This document shows positions 17,135 to 27,535 of a stretch of DNA of 64,000 nucleotides, in pieces (position 1 is the stretch's first letter; every line of letters starts with the position of its first letter). A model generated the notes under the pieces. The model did not search any database, was not told the origin of the DNA, and worked only from the letters and a program-made list of their open reading frames with translations. Source of the stretch: a candidate division FCPU426 bacterium. GTDB taxonomy: Bacteria; Oederibacteriota; PGYV01; Palsa-1178. The DNA lies in NCBI GenBank assembly GCA_963840035.1, contig CAWIXE010000002.1:1152001-1216000 (forward strand), read 5' to 3'. A program made the position numbers and the translations under genes.

Positions 17135-18825
17135 GGTGGGTTCATACGGCTGCCCCCGGAATTTCGCTGCCTTGAATCCCCCTGATGGTTGAACATCTTT
17201 AAGACAAGCACAGTATTGTCCATGATCCCCTTTCCGACATTCTTGTTCGGGGCGTTTGGGTCTTTTGAAAAAACCGACACTTCGCTTATCCTGGAAAAGT
17301 ACATGCTTTTTGAAATAAAATAATTATGCACGATCATCGACGAGAATATCCAGAACCCGAGCATGAACGCGATAATGGATATCATATGGGCCTTGAAAAA
17401 GCCTTTGTTTGAGACTGATTTAAGGAACAGGTACAGGAAGCACGGGATTATGATAAGCCAGCTGGTCATGATGCCGTGCCATGTAAAGCCCACCGCAAGC
17501 CCGGCTAAGAACCATATTGATTTTTTCCGCTGCTTGAAAGCAAGCAAAATAAAATATATCGCCAGGATTTCCGCCAGCACGGTGAATTCGCCGTACTGGC
17601 CGTACCTGCTGTAATATACGTTCCATCTGAGTATCGCGAAGATCGCCGTCGTAAATATGGCCACCCGCGGGTTGAAAGCGAGCCTTATCATGAAATAAAG
17701 CGCGGGTATGGCCAGTATTCCGACGCTTACGCCCATGAATTTAAGGGCTATCCTCTGGTCGCTGAATATCTGCAGGCCCAGCTGCGCCAGGTGGTTAAAG
17801 ATCCCGAGATTTCCCACCGTCCTGTGTTCGTCCCCGACTACCAGGTTAAGAAATCCGCCCGCTTCGTCGTTTTCCATGCCGAAAGGCCTGGCGCCAAGGT
17901 CCCACACCCTGAGATAGATTGCCGCAACAAATATAAGGCCAAAACATACAAATTCAAGCCAGGCCGGAAATTTATCGTTTTCTTCCGGTTCCTTTTCCTG
18001 GTACACGGGCATAGCCATGATGAATATGACGGCGGCGGCAATAAAGTATCTGACTGCGGCGCCAAGGCTGCCTTTTACAAACTGTACCTGCCCGAGATAC
18101 GCGATAAAAAACGCGGCAAGGATGGCCACGAGCTTTATTATGTCCATCACCCTGTTTTCCGCGGGCTTTACGCTGAACTTCATCAGCGGGAACGCGAAGA
18201 ATACCAGCGCCCCCGCGCATCCGTATAAGCCGACTGCCGTCATTGACATGGCCGGATTATAGAGGAGCTTATTTGCAAAATATAGCACGATCAAAGCCGC
18301 CGCCATAAGGGCGCCTTTAACGGCATAATTGTTTAAAAAATCAAAATTTTTGAAAAGAATGTCCGTTTCGTTTACCTTCAGCGATGTCGCGAGGATTTCC
18401 GCTTCTTCCGCGGTCATGGAGCCCTGTTTGCCCGCTTTCTTATCGTCCATTATTTCCACATTTGGAAGGCCAAAATACGCAAGCACGCAGCCGATCGTTG
18501 TTAAGACCACGCCCACATACTGGGGTTCGCGGGTGGGTTTTAAAAGCCAGAACCATCCGGCCAGGACGCATGCAAGCCCTATTAAAATGAAAAGTAATTT
18601 GATGCCTTTTTCAAGCCTTAATTCAAACTTAAAGGAATTGTCTTTTTTCGTAAAATACACTATGGTCGTGAGTATGACAAGTACAAGGCATTCTATCGCC
18701 GTAACAAGCTCCTGCCTGATGAACTGTATCTGGGCGATGATTGCGAAGAGTATCACTATGACTAAAAGCGCGGCTTTGGGTATGTTTACATTGATGGAAA
18801 ATTCGGGGGATATTGTTTCAGCCAC
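17101..18825 (-). CDS. Central segment of the frameshifted GT-C/PA14 protein (PMT_2/GT39 core)
   Basis: Many TM helices; LRVWDLGARPFGMENDEA loop with the GT-C acidic DE motif; W.VYYSR. Confidence 0.6.
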   Translation of the reverse strand: MAETISPEFSINVNIPKAALLVIVILFAIIAQIQFIRQELVTAIECLVLVILTTIVYFTKKDNSFKFELRLEKGIKLLFILIGLACVLAGWFWLLKPTREPQYVGVVLTTIGCVLAYFGLPNVEIMDDKKAGKQGSMTAEEAEILATSLKVNETDILFKNFDFLNNYAVKGALMAAALIVLYFANKLLYNPAMSMTAVGLYGCAGALVFFAFPLMKFSVKPAENRVMDIIKLVAILAAFFIAYLGQVQFVKGSLGAAVRYFIAAAVIFIMAMPVYQEKEPEENDKFPAWLEFVCFGLIFVAAIYLRVWDLGARPFGMENDEAGGFLNLVVGDEHRTVGNLGIFNHLAQLGLQIFSDQRIALKFMGVSVGILAIPALYFMIRLAFNPRVAIFTTAIFAILRWNVYYSRYGQYGEFTVLAEILAIYFILLAFKQRKKSIWFLAGLAVGFTWHGIMTSWLIIIPCFLYLFLKSVSNKGFFKAHMISIIAFMLGFWIFSSMIVHNYFISKSMYFSRISEVSVFSKDPNAPNKNVGKGIMDNTVLVLKMFNHQGDSRQRNSGGSRMNPPWISGPPSFTA

Positions 18826-19157
18826 GGCGCCCGGCTGCCGCGCGCGGAAGCCTTAACGTCCCCGGTTATTGCCGCGCGTCCGCCGGTCTTTATCGCGTCC
18901 GCCGCTTTTTTACCTGATTCCGATAACTGAGTGTTGACTTTTGACGTAACCTCAAGTATTTTTTTTATAACATCAACGCACTTTTTATAGATGTCTGCTG
19001 ATTTGCCGCTGATGCCGAGGATTAGCAATACAAATGATATGGCCGTGAGGGTCATCCCTATCACAGCCTCACCGTTCAAAAGCAACTCGACCTGGCCGGC
19101 GGCAAGAAACAAAACAGCCACACCGATTAAAATATAATTAAACAATTTTTGATTCAT
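18786..19157 (-). CDS. N-terminal segment of the frameshifted GT-C/PA14 protein
   Basis: Two TM helices (..AAGQVELL..) resembling the N-terminus of 24631-27426 (..IAGQLFIL..); GAGAGG RBS and an upstream promoter. Confidence 0.55.
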   Translation of the reverse strand: MNQKLFNYILIGVAVLFLAAGQVELLLNGEAVIGMTLTAISFVLLILGISGKSADIYKKCVDVIKKILEVTSKVNTQLSESGKKAADAIKTGGRAAITGDVKASARGSRAPWLKQYPPNFPSM

Positions 19158-19212
19158 TTTTTACCCTCTCCATGGACAATGCACTATTAATGCAAGCTTT
19201 TAAAATTTAATA

Positions 19213-19241
19213 TTTATACCACATTTTATTTTGCGTGTCAA
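19213..19241 (-). promoter_or_regulatory. Sigma70-type promoter
   Basis: TTGACA (19241-19236), 17 nt, TATAAA (19218-19213) with an extended -10 TG. Confidence 0.6.
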
Positions 19242-19385
19242 CACGCATGTAAAAGCGCATTTCCGGAAAATCCATTAAAATAAAGCTGTTTTCAGGCCCG
19301 GGCTGATGGGTATGCCACAATCTGAAACACCGCGGCGGCTTTCATAAAAACCCTGCCCATGTAAGCTCCGGTATTTCCGGATGGC

Positions 19386-22300
19386 TTAAAATCCCGGGCT
19401 TAACATATCGTATGTGACCGGCCCGAACATTGTTTTTCCCTCAGGCCTGTACATAAAGCGCATAACAGCCGTATCGTTCCAATATTTATCCGTATAATGA
19501 TAATACGCGTTTATTATAAGGCGCTTTTTTCCTTTTGTCAGCGACACGGTTGTTATTGTTTCTTTTTTTCCGTCGGTAACATAAACAACCCTTCCCTCCA
19601 GCGTTACTTTGCCGTCATATCCCGTATCAAATTTGAAATCATATTTTCCATCCCGCGGAATGTCTATATAGCCGGTCCACTGTATCATGTCGCCTGATTC
19701 GTAGTCCGTGCCGAGCCTTGGATATGCCGCCCTTGGCGCGGGCCAGTACATGCGCTGTTGTATGTCCGGTTCAAGGCTTTTATACAGCACTTTTTTATAA
19801 TCCGTCGTCCTGTATTCGGCATTAAGTCCGTATATCTTGTCCGAGTTAAGCAGAAAACCGCGCGGGATGTCAATAAAGCCCTGGAGCCCGTCATATTTCC
19901 ATTTTAACGCCGCCCTTACTTCCGCTGTTTTTTTCATGACAACCTTTATCCTGTGCAGGCCCACGTAAAGCATCTGGGGTCCTCTGGCAATGGCGCCGTT
20001 TAAATATACTTCACCCGCCCCGTTTTCAACTTTGAATTCATAATTTTTATACTCCGGTATGTCGATAAGCCCGCTGAATACCGCCCTGTCAAACGTGCCG
20101 TCAAAAACGACCTCCGGCGATACAGAACGCACCGCGCCGGACGGCGCGCCGTTTTTTGACTTTACAATATCCAGCGTCGTCAGCGCGTCTATGTCCTTAT
20201 ACGGTATATTGGCAAAAGCCATGGCCACAAACGGGACCTTGGGGTCAAAGACATAAAACCACGAATACAGCATATTAAGGTCTATGACCGCGTCGGGATA
20301 TTTCCACTCATAGCAATACTTAAGCTTTGACGTTTTGTCAAACTGCCAGAAATTATGGTCCCATATGTATTTCATTTCCATGTCCGGGAAATATTCCTTA
20401 AACCGCGGCAGTGACTTGTAATAAATACCCTCGCCCACCACGCTTACATTTTTATTGTCGTTGTTGAACAACTGGTAAAGCTGCAGGCGTGATACATCCT
20501 CGGTTTTCCTGCATTTGTCAAGGTTCGCGCCTGAAATTTCCTTTACCGTCCCGCAATAGTAATTATCTATGAAGAATACAGACGGATGGAATATGGTGTC
20601 CTTATAATGCTTCATCATTTCTTTGCCCAGCATCAGGTCCGCCTGCCTGTAATATACCTGCGTATGCGGGTCATTCTTGTACATGACAAAGAAATTATTA
20701 AAATTATAAAATATGAAATGCGCCATGGCATAGGCGAAAACCAGCGGAGCTATCCATTTGAATATCCGCGGCCACAGCGAGTTAAGTTTTGCCATTACCC
20801 TTTCCATTCCAAGTGCTATGAACAGCATCAAAGGCGGTATGCCCATGACCATCCTGCTCGGGAACGGGTCTTCAGGCCCGAGCCTGGATAAGAAACCGCC
20901 CGCTAAACCGGCGCATAAGAACGCTATGGCAAAAAGGCTTGCCGGCTTCCTCCATGTGAAAGCCAGGAATCCCGCCCCGACAATGGCCCAGTATCCTGTC
21001 ATCATGTCAAAAAACGGCTTTTGCGGGAGATTATGGCAGTAACCGTTTGCCGAAAGGGTAAAAAACATCTGTATGTTCCTTATTATGTTCTCGGATAAAT
21101 TACGCATGTCCTCCATGCTGGGAGGCATGTGGTTAATGAGCGCCACCTTGCTGACCCTCTGGGCGTATGTGGCATAATGCTGGGCCGCGTAATCAAGCAT
21201 GGGCAGGTAAATGATAATGCCGGCAACGGCTAAAAGCACCAGCCCCCTCCAGCCGGACAACACCTTTTTCCTGTTTTCAGCGTCAAAGAGTACCAGCGCC
21301 GTGAACATCACAAAAAAGAACGGCAGCAGCCGGGCCGCGTTATAAAAGTAAAGGTTAAGCCCCACAAGCGCCCCGGAACCCACAAAGAACGCCATGTTGC
21401 CCTTTTTAAGCGCGTGATAAAAAAGATACAGGCTTGCAGCGGCAAGCAGAGGATTTGGCATCCACATAATGGCAATCCTGCTGTATAAAAGCGTCAAAAA
21501 GAAACATGCCGCAAGTATCGACGAAATGACGCCGACCGTCCTGTTAAACAGGTTCTTAAAAAGAAGGTAAGTGAATACAAGCATCAGCGCCGAGGACAGC
21601 ATGGAAAACAGCCTGGATGTAAAAAGATCGACTCCCCCTGTCATTTTTGCAAGGAGCGTTATAAGAAATACCTGCAGGGAAGGCGCGCTTAATTCTTCAT
21701 TTGGGAAGTACAGGCCGTATTTTGTCCCGGATGCCATGGCTTTGGCAAGATGGACGGTATTGCGCTCGTCGCCGTGAATGCCGGGCGGAATATCATAAAA
21801 CTGCCAGTTAAAAAGTATCATACCGGCTATAAAAATAAAAACCATGAACGCGGCGTCAAATAAATTAAGCCTGTCGCCCGCCCCGCCCTCCGGTTTAAAT
21901 CCTTTATCACCCGGCGCCGCGCCGAATAAAAACGCGGCTACGATGAAATATACAAAAGCCGAATGAAAATCATAATTCCTGAGGCTCATAAAAGCCATGT
22001 AAAAAAGCAACAGCGATGCTGCAATCATGGCAAGCGACATGTATTTTTGCGCGGAAGTAAGCACAAGCTCCGCGGGCTTTACGGCCGCATTCCCGTCCTT
22101 GAGAGTCTTATCCACAGGCCTGAATATCAGGACAAGCTGAATCAAGGATGCTATAAAGGCGATATCAGCGATGAGCCAGAGTCCGGCTTTTATGAGGTAA
22201 ACCCCTATGAACGCGAGCAAAAGCGCATTTGCGGACTTTAAAACCGCAAACAGCAATCCCCCCTGCAAAGGCTTATATGCGTTTTCACGAATCTCAAACT

Positions 22301-22670
22301 GAGCGGGTGTCTTATCAAAAATATAAAAAAAGTAAAACGCGGTTAAAAGCCCCGGGGTAAAAAAGAGCAGGCCTTTTGCCATCATGTGCGCCTTATAAAG
22401 GTCAAAACCCTTGCCCAGCATGACCAGCGATCCGAGCAGCAGAAAAAGTTTCCACATCACAGACGCAAGCGGCTGGACCCATTTCTGGCCCGGGTCCGGC
22501 TCATTTTCGCTTATGGCCCTGGTAAAAAAACACATGAATGCCAGTAACGAAATCTCAATGAACGCGACAAAATCCTCCAGCTTATAAGGTTCCCTGCTTC
22601 CCGCCCAAATAGCGGCTATTAAAAATACAACACCGAGGCTTATTAACGGCAACATTTTCCTGAGTTTCAT
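19386..22670 (-). CDS. GT39/ArnT-like membrane glycosyltransferase with C-terminal PA14 domains
   Basis: Polytopic N-terminal region; DIPPGIHGDE loop; YSR; YNAAR; then FSGLIDIPEYKNYEFK, GLNAEY, QWTGYIDIPRDGKYDFK, LTKGKK (PA14-like). Confidence 0.82.
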   Translation of the reverse strand: MKLRKMLPLISLGVVFLIAAIWAGSREPYKLEDFVAFIEISLLAFMCFFTRAISENEPDPGQKWVQPLASVMWKLFLLLGSLVMLGKGFDLYKAHMMAKGLLFFTPGLLTAFYFFYIFDKTPAQFEIRENAYKPLQGGLLFAVLKSANALLLAFIGVYLIKAGLWLIADIAFIASLIQLVLIFRPVDKTLKDGNAAVKPAELVLTSAQKYMSLAMIAASLLLFYMAFMSLRNYDFHSAFVYFIVAAFLFGAAPGDKGFKPEGGAGDRLNLFDAAFMVFIFIAGMILFNWQFYDIPPGIHGDERNTVHLAKAMASGTKYGLYFPNEELSAPSLQVFLITLLAKMTGGVDLFTSRLFSMLSSALMLVFTYLLFKNLFNRTVGVISSILAACFFLTLLYSRIAIMWMPNPLLAAASLYLFYHALKKGNMAFFVGSGALVGLNLYFYNAARLLPFFFVMFTALVLFDAENRKKVLSGWRGLVLLAVAGIIIYLPMLDYAAQHYATYAQRVSKVALINHMPPSMEDMRNLSENIIRNIQMFFTLSANGYCHNLPQKPFFDMMTGYWAIVGAGFLAFTWRKPASLFAIAFLCAGLAGGFLSRLGPEDPFPSRMVMGIPPLMLFIALGMERVMAKLNSLWPRIFKWIAPLVFAYAMAHFIFYNFNNFFVMYKNDPHTQVYYRQADLMLGKEMMKHYKDTIFHPSVFFIDNYYCGTVKEISGANLDKCRKTEDVSRLQLYQLFNNDNKNVSVVGEGIYYKSLPRFKEYFPDMEMKYIWDHNFWQFDKTSKLKYCYEWKYPDAVIDLNMLYSWFYVFDPKVPFVAMAFANIPYKDIDALTTLDIVKSKNGAPSGAVRSVSPEVVFDGTFDRAVFSGLIDIPEYKNYEFKVENGAGEVYLNGAIARGPQMLYVGLHRIKVVMKKTAEVRAALKWKYDGLQGFIDIPRGFLLNSDKIYGLNAEYRTTDYKKVLYKSLEPDIQQRMYWPAPRAAYPRLGTDYESGDMIQWTGYIDIPRDGKYDFKFDTGYDGKVTLEGRVVYVTDGKKETITTVSLTKGKKRLIINAYYHYTDKYWNDTAVMRFMYRPEGKTMFGPVTYDMLSPGF

Positions 22671-22723
22671 AGGAATTTCTCCTTTTTATGATTCCCGCAG
22701 CGCTTACGCGCTCCGGATGTGAT

Positions 22724-23659
22724 TTACTTGAAATTAACCCTTTTTTCCTCCACAACAAGGGGCCTTTTCATGACCCTTGTGTTTATGTTCAGTATATACT
22801 CCCCGAGAAACCCTATGAAAAAGAGCTGTATGGAACCGAGGAAAAATATGGATACTATTTCAGGCGCCGTCCCCAGAGGGAACCTGTCCCAGAAAATCAG
22901 TTTCATCGCCAGGTAATACAGGGCTATGAGTAAAGACAACCCCGCTATTATGAACCCAAAAATGGTCGCGAAACGCATGACAACTTTTGAATAGGACGTT
23001 ATTCCGAGCATGGCCATGTCGTAAAGCGTGTACCAGTTATTTTTTGTCTTACCGAACCTGCGCTTTTGCTGGGTGTATTCTATCTGTTTGTGCATGAACC
23101 CGAGTTCCGCGACGATCCCGCGCATGTAAGGCATGGGGTCGTCAAGCTTTCTTAACACATCGATGAACGACCTGTCATAGAGTCCAAAACCCGTAAAATG
23201 CTCAAGCTGCTCGGTCTCCGCGATTTTCTTAAGCAGGCTGTAATAGCACGCGCGGATAAAATACATCACGGGATTTTCATAGCTTTTGCTTTTCTTTCCG
23301 GTGACTATCTTAAAGCCTTTTTCCCATTCCCTCACAAAATCCGCTATCATTTCAGGCGGGTCCTGAAAATCAGCGCACATGACTATGGAGCAATCCCCTG
23401 AAGTCTGCAGCAGCCCGTAATACGGCGACCTGATATGCCCGAAATTCTTGGCGTTAAAGACGGCCTTTACCTCTTTATGAATGGCGCACAGCCCCTCGAT
23501 GCGCTCCCTCGTCCTGTCGGTCGAATAATTGTCTATGAATAATATTTCAAACCCGTAACCCGCGAGCTTTTCCCTGAATACCCTGTAAATCTCGTCGCAT
23601 AACGGTATTACATTATCCTCTTCATTATAAGTCGGGATCATTACCGATATTATTTTCAC
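22724..23659 (-). CDS. GT2 polyprenol-phosphate glycosyltransferase (GtrB/ArnC-like)
   Basis: ISVMIPTYNEEDN, IDNYSTD, NFGH, ADFQDPP, two C-terminal TM helices. GTG 23659 overlaps the upstream stop (GTGA); the ORF track starts at 23680. Confidence 0.9.
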   Translation of the reverse strand: MKIISVMIPTYNEEDNVIPLCDEIYRVFREKLAGYGFEILFIDNYSTDRTRERIEGLCAIHKEVKAVFNAKNFGHIRSPYYGLLQTSGDCSIVMCADFQDPPEMIADFVREWEKGFKIVTGKKSKSYENPVMYFIRACYYSLLKKIAETEQLEHFTGFGLYDRSFIDVLRKLDDPMPYMRGIVAELGFMHKQIEYTQQKRRFGKTKNNWYTLYDMAMLGITSYSKVVMRFATIFGFIIAGLSLLIALYYLAMKLIFWDRFPLGTAPEIVSIFFLGSIQLFFIGFLGEYILNINTRVMKRPLVVEEKRVNFK

Positions 23660-24576
23660 TTTACACCCCTCCTGCTCCATTCGATAGTTTCTTTTATGCC
23701 TTTCTCAAAAGAATACGCCGGCTTAAAACCCGTGTCACGCATGAGCGGTTTTATGTCAGCGCGCAGGTGCATGACCTGCTTTGGTTCATATTCTTTTTCT
23801 CCGATGCCCAGCTTCAGCCCGGGGTCCACGGCGTCACGCAGGATCCCGACGTATTCTTTCAGGGGCCTGGCTTTGCCGCTGCCAATATTGTATGTGGCCC
23901 CGTCACGGCCGGACTTGCCTGCCATTATAAGGGCGCGCGCCGCGTCCGCGCAGTATAGATAATCCCACTTTTGCCCGCATTTTGTCAACTGCGGTTTTTC
24001 GCCTTTCAATAGAGCGGATATAACATAACTAATCATAGTCGCCGGGCTGTCATGCGGCCCGTATACGCTGAATATCCTGGTCCATATGTGCCTTAAGGAC
24101 AGGCGGGAACAAATCATGGCCGAGAGCTTCCCCGCGGCGAATTTCGCCGTCCCGTATGCAGTCTCGGGCGCCGCCTTTATGTCCGAAGAGGCTGTTCCGT
24201 CAACCCTGCCGTACTCTGCCTGCGACCCGGCGCCGATAAAAACACCGCACCCGGCCGCTGAAGCTGCTTTTACCGCGCTTAAAGTATAGCCGATATTCCT
24301 CTCCTGCATTTCAGGGTCATGCCTTCCCTGCTTATCCGTAAACCCCCACGCGAGATGGTAAAAAGCGTCATGTTTTTCCTTTATCAGCTGCGGTAATTTT
24401 TCAAAATCCTCAAGGCTGCATTCGGCAACACTGACAAGGCTGCTTGCGGGAAGCGTTTTTATTTTGTCCGACCCGCCCCTTACAACCGCGGTCACGGAAA
24501 TATCGCCCCTGACGCATTCGTTTATGAGCGCGATCCCTATCATGCTTGTGGCGCCTGTGATTATGATTTTTTTCAT
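23656..24576 (-). CDS. NAD-dependent epimerase/dehydratase (nucleotide-sugar reductase-like)
   Basis: ITGATSMIG, HLAW, GSQAEYG, YGTAK (YxxxK), RIFSVYGP, YNIGSG. Confidence 0.88.
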   Translation of the reverse strand: MKKIIITGATSMIGIALINECVRGDISVTAVVRGGSDKIKTLPASSLVSVAECSLEDFEKLPQLIKEKHDAFYHLAWGFTDKQGRHDPEMQERNIGYTLSAVKAASAAGCGVFIGAGSQAEYGRVDGTASSDIKAAPETAYGTAKFAAGKLSAMICSRLSLRHIWTRIFSVYGPHDSPATMISYVISALLKGEKPQLTKCGQKWDYLYCADAARALIMAGKSGRDGATYNIGSGKARPLKEYVGILRDAVDPGLKLGIGEKEYEPKQVMHLRADIKPLMRDTGFKPAYSFEKGIKETIEWSRRGVK

Positions 24577-24630
24577 TTTTACCCTTTGTATTTTATCCCG
24601 TATTTTTCCGGACGGTTTGCATCCGCCGCT

Positions 24631-27426
24631 TTAATATTGCGTAAACCATTCATACGGCGCCATCTGCCTCACGGTTTCACCCGGCGGCACCACAAAAAGC
24701 GCGAATATCCTTTTTGTCCATATGTAGGCCTCAATAAGGGTGTATATTTCTATCCTGTACTTCTTGTTTTTGTCAAGAATGACCTTTTTATGGACATCCA
24801 GCCTGTTAGTCGTGTAGCTGTCATAAATCAGTTCCCCGTCCAGGACAATCTTCGCCTTTACTGATTCAAAACATTCAAAAGAGTATTCTCCGGACACGGG
24901 AACCTGCATATACCCGTCGCACCTGCGCGACAAAGGCGGGTCAACAGACAACCCATCATACATTCTTTCATCAGGCGTAATGAACCTGTGCGTGTAGGCG
25001 TACGGCGGGCCCCATTTTCCGATTCCCTGCCTGTCATATACGCGCACGCCAAAATTCCCTTCCATTGCTACCACGCGTCCCTCGGCTGCAAGGTTGCGGT
25101 TTTCGTACATGGCGGCGAAAGGAAGCCCGTTGGAATTGGCCGCCGGCACCACGCCCGATATTTCAAAGAAATGTATCCCGCCGTCGGCAAAAACAGGTTT
25201 TGACAAAGCGACGCCGTTGCCGTCCAGTTTCATTTTCCATCCGGGCCATGCCATGGTAAATACCGTCATTGACTTGCTGTTTTCCTTGTAACCGTTTTCC
25301 GGCATTAAAAGAGCGCCTTTTAAGACAACCTTTTTGCCGGCATATGCCGCGCTGAATGCCGGGTCCCCGAAAACCCTGACCCTTTCATTCCCGCCTTCTT
25401 TTTCCATAAACAGCATCGTCTGAAAATCAACAACGTCTTTCTTCGGTATAAACACACCGGCGCTCATTACAAACGGCACGCATTCCTCGATCTGCCTCCA
25501 CCCGGAAGGCGTCACATCCATGGTCGAGTAATAAGGGTCCTTTTCATTTTCCTTTTTTTCGCGCTCTATTTCAAGGACGCTTGAAGGAAAATATTTGGTA
25601 AAGATCCCGGAAGCGTTCGCATAAAACGGCGAGAACATCACCACATTGTCCCGGGCAGGGTCAAGCACAAGCATTTCTTCCATATACAAGCGCACGCTGA
25701 CCGGCTTTTTATACGTTAAGAATGATATATACCCGTCTGTCATCGTCAAATACTGGTTGATAATGACATTCGCGTCCGGATGGGCGTCCATCATTTTTTT
25801 CATTTTATACTGGCTGTGATTGCCCTGTATTTTTACGCCGGGGCTCTGCATGAATTTAAAGAAATAACCGTCAAACCCGTTCCAGAAAGTCACGCCTGCC
25901 GCTGCTATGCCCGCGACTAAAAATACCGAATATATTTTTTTAAACCCGCTGTTTTTAATGACCCTTTTCATCCTCTCTATGGCAAACGAGACCATGAGAA
26001 AAATAATCGGGAACGACATGAGCGCCCTCTGGGCGTTTGGCTCATTTGAGCCGCCGCCGCCAAGCATTGCCGGCAGCATGCCGCCGCAAAAAAATATGAG
26101 AAGCATGGATGGTATGGGGCGCCAGAAATTAATAAGCGCCAGGAAAAGCCCGGCTGGAAAAAGCATGCCCGGGATGGCTTCAAGCAACGGCTTCCACGGC
26201 GGGTGCGCGAATATCTCCCAGGCTGATTTGATATGAAACATGCCGGAATATATGGCCAGCTTGGACATCATCATGTTCCAGTAGCCCTTGAGCCCGCCGG
26301 CTCCCGCGGGGTTTACGCTGTTTACATAACTCCAATACTGGTCGCCGTGCGTTATGGCAAAATAAATTATCGGGCTGGCCACGGCGGCGAACCCCGCCCA
26401 AAAAATAGCCGCATTATACCACTTATGGAAAAGCTTCACCCTCATGATGAACATCCATGCGAACCACGCCAGGTAAAGCACAAAAACGCCCCTTCCCGGC
26501 ACATAGCCGTGCAGGGAAAATCCGGCAGCGGCGCCCGCGGCAAGGAAGATATACCATACGGGTCTTTTGCAGGCGGCCAGCAGCAGGCCCATGCCCAGAA
26601 CCTGAGGGATAAAAAGCAGTGTAAAAGGGCCGTATAGCCTGGAAATGGACATGTGATATACCATCGCCGAATACATCACCGCGCCTATCGCGGCGGAATA
26701 CGGCGAAGTAATGCGCCTGGCAAGGAAATAAAAAGCTATTATGGATATAACCCCGAGAACGGCGCTTGACATCCTGAAACTGCCCAGGCACCATCCGAAA
26801 ACCTTTGCAAAGAAAAGCCCAATATAAAAAACAAGCGTCGGCCAGCTTAAACCGGCGCCAATATGCATCCAGTAGTCCGGAGTCCCGTCAAGCTCATAAC
26901 TGCCGCCGACCATCAGGCCCTCGCCGCCGCTTCCGGCCTGCGGTATGTCATTGAGGTACCAGAACCTAATTATTGCCGATACAACCAGCAATATGGCCAC
27001 AAACCACGGCTCCCATTTTTCCATGGGCGCTGTTTTCTCCGGAATGCCATAATATTCGGATGGCTTCTCGCCAAACGGCCTTGCTAAAAAAAGCATGATG
27101 CCGGAAATTATAAAAAACGCAAGCCCGGCCGCAGGGGTAATTTTCACCACAATGGCGGCTATCGCCGCAATCACAAGGGCTATTACCGCCATGATAACCG
27201 ACGCCGCGCGGATTATTTTTTCATTGTTGCGGATAAAGTCAGTATTATTCGAAAACACAGCCTTAATTTTTTCAAAAGTAAACGCCCCGAAAAAAAGCCT
27301 TAAAATAGCCGCCATGAAAGAAACCGAGGTAAGAACGAGCCCGGGGTTCATTTTATTGTTCAAAATAAACAGCTGTCCCGCGATGATGCCCAGCGCGATT
27401 ATTCCAATCATCAATTTATCAAACAT
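24631..27426 (-). CDS. GT39/ArnT-like membrane glycosyltransferase with PA14-like C-terminus
   Basis: IRFWYLNDIP loop, polytopic core, YVPGR; C-terminal DGYMQVPVSGEYSFE..K...LDG (PA14-like). Confidence 0.78.
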   Translation of the reverse strand: MFDKLMIGIIALGIIAGQLFILNNKMNPGLVLTSVSFMAAILRLFFGAFTFEKIKAVFSNNTDFIRNNEKIIRAASVIMAVIALVIAAIAAIVVKITPAAGLAFFIISGIMLFLARPFGEKPSEYYGIPEKTAPMEKWEPWFVAILLVVSAIIRFWYLNDIPQAGSGGEGLMVGGSYELDGTPDYWMHIGAGLSWPTLVFYIGLFFAKVFGWCLGSFRMSSAVLGVISIIAFYFLARRITSPYSAAIGAVMYSAMVYHMSISRLYGPFTLLFIPQVLGMGLLLAACKRPVWYIFLAAGAAAGFSLHGYVPGRGVFVLYLAWFAWMFIMRVKLFHKWYNAAIFWAGFAAVASPIIYFAITHGDQYWSYVNSVNPAGAGGLKGYWNMMMSKLAIYSGMFHIKSAWEIFAHPPWKPLLEAIPGMLFPAGLFLALINFWRPIPSMLLIFFCGGMLPAMLGGGGSNEPNAQRALMSFPIIFLMVSFAIERMKRVIKNSGFKKIYSVFLVAGIAAAGVTFWNGFDGYFFKFMQSPGVKIQGNHSQYKMKKMMDAHPDANVIINQYLTMTDGYISFLTYKKPVSVRLYMEEMLVLDPARDNVVMFSPFYANASGIFTKYFPSSVLEIEREKKENEKDPYYSTMDVTPSGWRQIEECVPFVMSAGVFIPKKDVVDFQTMLFMEKEGGNERVRVFGDPAFSAAYAGKKVVLKGALLMPENGYKENSKSMTVFTMAWPGWKMKLDGNGVALSKPVFADGGIHFFEISGVVPAANSNGLPFAAMYENRNLAAEGRVVAMEGNFGVRVYDRQGIGKWGPPYAYTHRFITPDERMYDGLSVDPPLSRRCDGYMQVPVSGEYSFECFESVKAKIVLDGELIYDSYTTNRLDVHKKVILDKNKKYRIEIYTLIEAYIWTKRIFALFVVPPGETVRQMAPYEWFTQY

Positions 27427-27535
27427 TTTTCACCTCATGATTATTTCATATTTATCCGCCGGAACCGCTGCCCCGTTTGACCGCGGATTTATGGGGCCAT
27501 TGTGTTCAGGAGCCGCAATTCCGCGGCTGACCGGC

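Larger units (their letters stand above)
15605..19157 (-). pseudogene. GT39/ArnT-like (GT-C) membrane glycosyltransferase with PA14 domains, interrupted by two frameshifts (or two sequencing errors)
   Basis: Three overlapping ORFs join into one ~1180-aa protein with the architecture of neighbours 19386-22670 and 24631-27426. Breaks fall at a C5 run (17153-17157) and a CG run (~18839-18846). Confidence 0.75.
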
